Below the pieces are notes generated by a model. It worked only from the letters and a program-made list of their open reading frames with translations. It was not told where the DNA came from and did not search any database. Positions 60,474-64,000 of a DNA stretch of 64,000 nt are shown one piece after another; the first letter of the stretch is position 1, and each line of letters begins with the position of its first letter. The position numbers were made by a program, and so were the translations under genes. Origin of the DNA: an uncultured Acidobacteriota bacterium (GTDB taxonomy: Bacteria; Acidobacteriota; Thermoanaerobaculia; Multivoradales; SZUA-115). The stretch lies in the NCBI GenBank assembly GCA_963805975.1, contig CAWDVR010000001.1, forward strand, positions 768,001-832,000. The letters are read 5' to 3'.

Positions 60474-62831
60474 ATGCGCCTGCGCCGCGCCATCCGTTTC
60501 ACGCTCGAGCACCCCCGCGCCACGGTCGCCGCGTTCCTGCTGCTCTCCGCCGGCTGGCTGCCGTTCGTCGCCGGGCTGCGGCTCGAGACCGACGGCCGCG
60601 ACCTCTTCTCGCCGCGCGACCCCGCCATCCGCTGGCAGGACGAGGTGGACCGGGAGTACGCCAGCTCGGACTTCCTGGTGGTGGGCCTCGAGGCCCTGCC
60701 GGGCCACGAGCTGTGGGCGCCGGCACCGCTCAATGCCGTGCTGCGCCTGTCGCAGCGGCTGGCGGCGCTGCCGGGCGTCGAAGGCGAGGATCTGCGCAGC
60801 CTGGCCACCGAGTTCTCTCCCGAGTGGATCGACGGCGCCCTGCACCTCGCGCCGCCGATCCGCGAGACGGTGCGCGATCCGGCGCAGGTGGAGGCGGTGC
60901 GCCGCGCCGCCCTCCGCGAGCCGCTCTTCGCACGCGTGCTCCTGGCGGCAGACGGACGCGGCACGGCGATCTACCTGCCGCTGGCGCTCGACGCCGACCG
61001 CCGCGCGCTCTACCATCAGGTCGAGGCGCTGCTCGCCGAAGCGTGGCAGGCCGACCCGGCGCTCGCGAGCGGCTACCGCTTCCATCTCCTCGGCCCGGCC
61101 GCCGCCGAGTCGCTGCTCGGCGAGCACGTGCTCACCGATCTCGGGCGCCTCCTGCCGCTGGCCTTCCTGGTGGTCGCGGCCACGCTCTGGCTCTGGTTCC
61201 GGCAGGGCTCGGTGGTCTGTGCCGGGCTGGGGGAGGGCGGCTCGATCGTGCTCTGGACGCTGGGCCTGATGGCGGCGCTGGGCAAGCCCATCTCGCTGGT
61301 CACGGTGGTGATGCCGGTGATCCTCGTCACCTACTGCGTGGCGGACACCATCCACCTCGCGCAGCACTTCAGCGCCCGCTGCGCCGCGAGCGCCGACCGC
61401 TCCTTCGCCGGCCGGGTCGAGGCCATGGACCGCACGCTCGACGAGGTGCTCTCCCCGGTGACCTTCACCTCGCTGACCACCGCCGTCGGCTTCTTCGCGA
61501 TCGCCGTCAGCCCCATCCCGCCGCTACGGGACTTCGGGCTGTTCTCCGGCCTCGGCGTGCTGATCGCGCTCGCCGTGTCGGTGTTCGTGGTGCCCGCGTC
61601 GCTCCTCGCCGGCGGCTTCGGCCGCCGCGCGGCCGGGGTCTCCGGCGACGGCTCCCCCCGCTTCGGGCGCCAGCTCGCTGCGCTCTCCACCGCCGCCGCC
61701 CGCGCGCCGTGGACGGTGGTGGCGGCGACGGCCTTGCTCACCACCGTGCTCGGCCTGGGAGCCCTGAAGCTCGAGATCCAGGACAGTTGGCTCCAGAACT
61801 TCAGCGCCAGAAGCCCGCTGGTACGCTCCGACGAGTGGTTCAACCGCGGCTTCTTCGGTAGCAACGTGGTCAACGCCGTGCTCACGCCGCCGCTGGGCAC
61901 GGTGCACGACCCGGCCTTCCTGGCGGAGGTTAAGCGCCTGCAACGCGAGCTCGGCGAGCTGGGCGAGGTGGGGGGAAGCCTCTCCCTTGCGGACTCGCTC
62001 GAAGCCGTGGCGCGGAGCCTCGAAGGCGCCTCGCGGCTGCCCCGGGACCGCCGCGAGAGCGAGGGCTGGGCCATGCTCTACCGCATGGCCGGAGGTAGCA
62101 ACAGCCTGGACTCCTACGTCGACCCCGGAGAGTCTTCGACCAACCTGTGGGTCTTCCTCAACCAGGCCGACTACCGGCGCACGGCGGCGGTGGTGGCGGC
62201 CCTCTCGCGCTTTGACTGGCGCCTCGCGGGCGAGGCCCGGCCGGAGGTCCGGCTCGCCGGCGATGCCTACCTGAGCTACCGCCTGGTCGACTCCATCGCC
62301 CGCAGCCAGCGGCGCAGCGCCTTCGCCGCCCTGCTGATGACCTTCCTCACGGTGCTGTGGATGCTCCGCTCGACCGCGACCTCGATGCTGGCGGTGGTGC
62401 CGGTCGCCCTCTCGGTGATCTGGAACTTCGGGTTCATGGGCTGGAGCGGCCTGCCGCTCGGGGTGGCCACCTCGACCTTCTGCGCCATCGCCTTCGGCAT
62501 CGGCGTCGACTTCGCACTGCACTGGATCGCCCGCCTGCGGCTCGGTCTCGAGCGGGGCCTCGGCTGGGAGGAGGCGATCCGCTTCACCGGCCGGACGACC
62601 GGCGGCGCCATGCTGCTCCAGGGCCTGGTCCTGGTGCTGGGCTTCGGCGTGCTCCTGCTCTCGGAGGCGCCGCCCAACCGCGCGCTGGCGCTGGTGCTGA
62701 CGGTGAACCTCGCGGCCTGCCTCGGCGCGAGCCTGCTGCTGCTGCCGGCCATGGCCACGCTCCTGGCGCGGCGGCTGGGCCTCGCCGGCGTCTCGGCGCG
62801 CTTGGTGGGCTCGGCGGAGGCCCCGGTTTGA
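60474..62831 (+). CDS. MMPL/RND family exporter
   Basis: Two-fold TM architecture; VADTIHL, TSLTTAVGF, PIPPLRDFG, GIGVDFALH. Confidence 0.9.
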   Translation: MRLRRAIRFTLEHPRATVAAFLLLSAGWLPFVAGLRLETDGRDLFSPRDPAIRWQDEVDREYASSDFLVVGLEALPGHELWAPAPLNAVLRLSQRLAALPGVEGEDLRSLATEFSPEWIDGALHLAPPIRETVRDPAQVEAVRRAALREPLFARVLLAADGRGTAIYLPLALDADRRALYHQVEALLAEAWQADPALASGYRFHLLGPAAAESLLGEHVLTDLGRLLPLAFLVVAATLWLWFRQGSVVCAGLGEGGSIVLWTLGLMAALGKPISLVTVVMPVILVTYCVADTIHLAQHFSARCAASADRSFAGRVEAMDRTLDEVLSPVTFTSLTTAVGFFAIAVSPIPPLRDFGLFSGLGVLIALAVSVFVVPASLLAGGFGRRAAGVSGDGSPRFGRQLAALSTAAARAPWTVVAATALLTTVLGLGALKLEIQDSWLQNFSARSPLVRSDEWFNRGFFGSNVVNAVLTPPLGTVHDPAFLAEVKRLQRELGELGEVGGSLSLADSLEAVARSLEGASRLPRDRRESEGWAMLYRMAGGSNSLDSYVDPGESSTNLWVFLNQADYRRTAAVVAALSRFDWRLAGEARPEVRLAGDAYLSYRLVDSIARSQRRSAFAALLMTFLTVLWMLRSTATSMLAVVPVALSVIWNFGFMGWSGLPLGVATSTFCAIAFGIGVDFALHWIARLRLGLERGLGWEEAIRFTGRTTGGAMLLQGLVLVLGFGVLLLSEAPPNRALALVLTVNLAACLGASLLLLPAMATLLARRLGLAGVSARLVGSAEAPV

Positions 62832-63628
62832 GAGGCACTCTCCGTTCGGGTCTCGCTCTCCTGCTTCTGGGCGCCCTGCTTCGTGGTGGGCTGGCGCTCG
62901 CCGGCGCGCCCCCCGCGGCCGAGCCCGCCGATGGCCTCGAGATCATGCGGCGGGTCAACGCGCGGACCCGGGGCCAGGCGGCGAGCCTGCGCCTGGAGAT
63001 GATCCTGCGCGACGAGAAGCGGGGCGAGTTCAAGAAGCACATCGACGGCCTCCGGCGGCTCTACCCCGACGGCTATCGCACCAGCTACGTCATCACCGCG
63101 CCCGATCACGAGCAGGGGATCGGCCTGCTGCTCTCCGAGGACCCGGCGCAGCGCGGGATGTGGATGTACTTCCCCGCCAACCGCCAGCTCCTGCACGTGG
63201 CCAGCCGCGGGCTCTCGGCGCTCGCCAGCGACTTCAGTTGCGAGGACCTGCTGGTGAGCGTGCCGCTCGCGGACTACGAGTTCCGCCTGCTCGAGCGCAC
63301 CACCCTCGACGGCCGCCCGGTCTCCAAGGTGGAGATGAAGCCCGCCACCGAGCGCCTGCGGCTGGAGCTGGGGTTCTCGCGCGCCATCGGCTGGGTGCGC
63401 GAGGACATCTGGCTGATCGCCCGCGCCGAGTACGAGGACCAGGCCGGCCAGGTCTTCAAGACCTTCCTCGCCGACGATGTGCGGCTGGTGGACGGCGTGT
63501 GGACCGTGCAGCGGTTCTCGATGCGCAATCTGCGCGCCCGCCACGCGACCGAGGTCACGGTGACCGAGATCGACTACTCGGCCAAGCCGCCCGCGGAGCG
63601 CTTCGCGCCCGCCACGTTCCACGAGTAG
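62828..63628 (+). CDS. LolA-like outer membrane lipoprotein-sorting protein
   Basis: TTGA overlap with the MMPL gene; signal peptide; WMYFPA...ASDFSCEDL, VDGVWT. Confidence 0.85.
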   Translation: MRGTLRSGLALLLLGALLRGGLALAGAPPAAEPADGLEIMRRVNARTRGQAASLRLEMILRDEKRGEFKKHIDGLRRLYPDGYRTSYVITAPDHEQGIGLLLSEDPAQRGMWMYFPANRQLLHVASRGLSALASDFSCEDLLVSVPLADYEFRLLERTTLDGRPVSKVEMKPATERLRLELGFSRAIGWVREDIWLIARAEYEDQAGQVFKTFLADDVRLVDGVWTVQRFSMRNLRARHATEVTVTEIDYSAKPPAERFAPATFHE

Positions 63629-63647
63629 GGAGCTGCGCTGCCCGCCG

Positions 63648-64000
63648 CTACAGCGGCAGCTTCACGGCGCGCAGCCGGCGATTCAGGCTGTCCGTGATGT
63701 AGAGGAAGCCGTCGTGGCTGAAGGCCAGGCCCCGCGGCAGGTTGAGCTGGGCCGCTCGCGCGGGCCCGCCGTCGCCGGCGTAACCGCGCACCCCGTTGCC
63801 GACCACGGTCTCGATCTGGTGGGACGCGGCGAGGATGCGGCGTACGGAGTGGTTGTTGGTGTCGGCGAAGTAGAGGTTTCCCTCGCCGTCGAAGAGCAGG
63901 CTGTCCGGGTGGCTCAGCTCGGCCTGCTCCGCCGGCCCGCCGTCGCCGGCGTAGCCCCGCACGCCGGTGCCGGCGAAGGTTCTGATCCGGCCCCCGGCGT
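63648..64000 (-). CDS. NHL-repeat protein, C-terminal end (5' part beyond window)
   Basis: GYAGDGGPA twice, GNLYFADTNNHSVRRI, LYITDSLNRRLR; frame open to the window edge. Confidence 0.85.
   Translation of the reverse strand, partial: AGGRIRTFAGTGVRGYAGDGGPAEQAELSHPDSLLFDGEGNLYFADTNNHSVRRILAASHQIETVVGNGVRGYAGDGGPARAAQLNLPRGLAFSHDGFLYITDSLNRRLRAVKLPL

Noticed and set aside
59043-62831. 1262-aa ORF suggesting a giant MMPL fusion
   Set aside because: The N-terminal part is an off-frame shadow of the NHL gene; the real start is ATG 60474.

Overview
High-GC (about 70% by eye), gene-dense bacterial chromosomal window. The gene families and a recurring IFxDxFExGDxSxW C-terminus suggest Acidobacteriota, possibly Thermoanaerobaculia (inference). 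I see no rRNA, tRNA, CRISPR array or intact transposase. Housekeeping and envelope genes include an MscS/MscK channel, murJ, trmL, trxB, sdaA, NfeD-flotillin, a NatAB-type ABC transporter, an OmpR/histidine kinase pair, two ECF sigma factors, a Ser/Thr kinase and vapBC. These are mixed with many secreted proteins. Main highlights: (1) a tightly coupled, apparently uncharacterised export/processing operon at 51111-63628, encoding a secreted two-domain repeat protein, an NHL-propeller-M16 peptidase fusion, a non-catalytic M16 partner, a di-heme CcP/MauG protein, a second NHL protein, an MMPL/RND exporter and a LolA-like protein, with a third NHL gene converging from the right edge; (2) four secreted proteins from three unrelated families ending in the same ~20-aa tail, a candidate protein-sorting signal; (3) a 10-Cys defensin-like prepropeptide; (4) hydantoinase/oxoprolinase A and B halves separated by a 3-kb, four-gene block; (5) several internally collapsed gene remnants, two apparent non-AUG starts and readable operator sites. 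Family names come from motif recognition and recall, not database searches.
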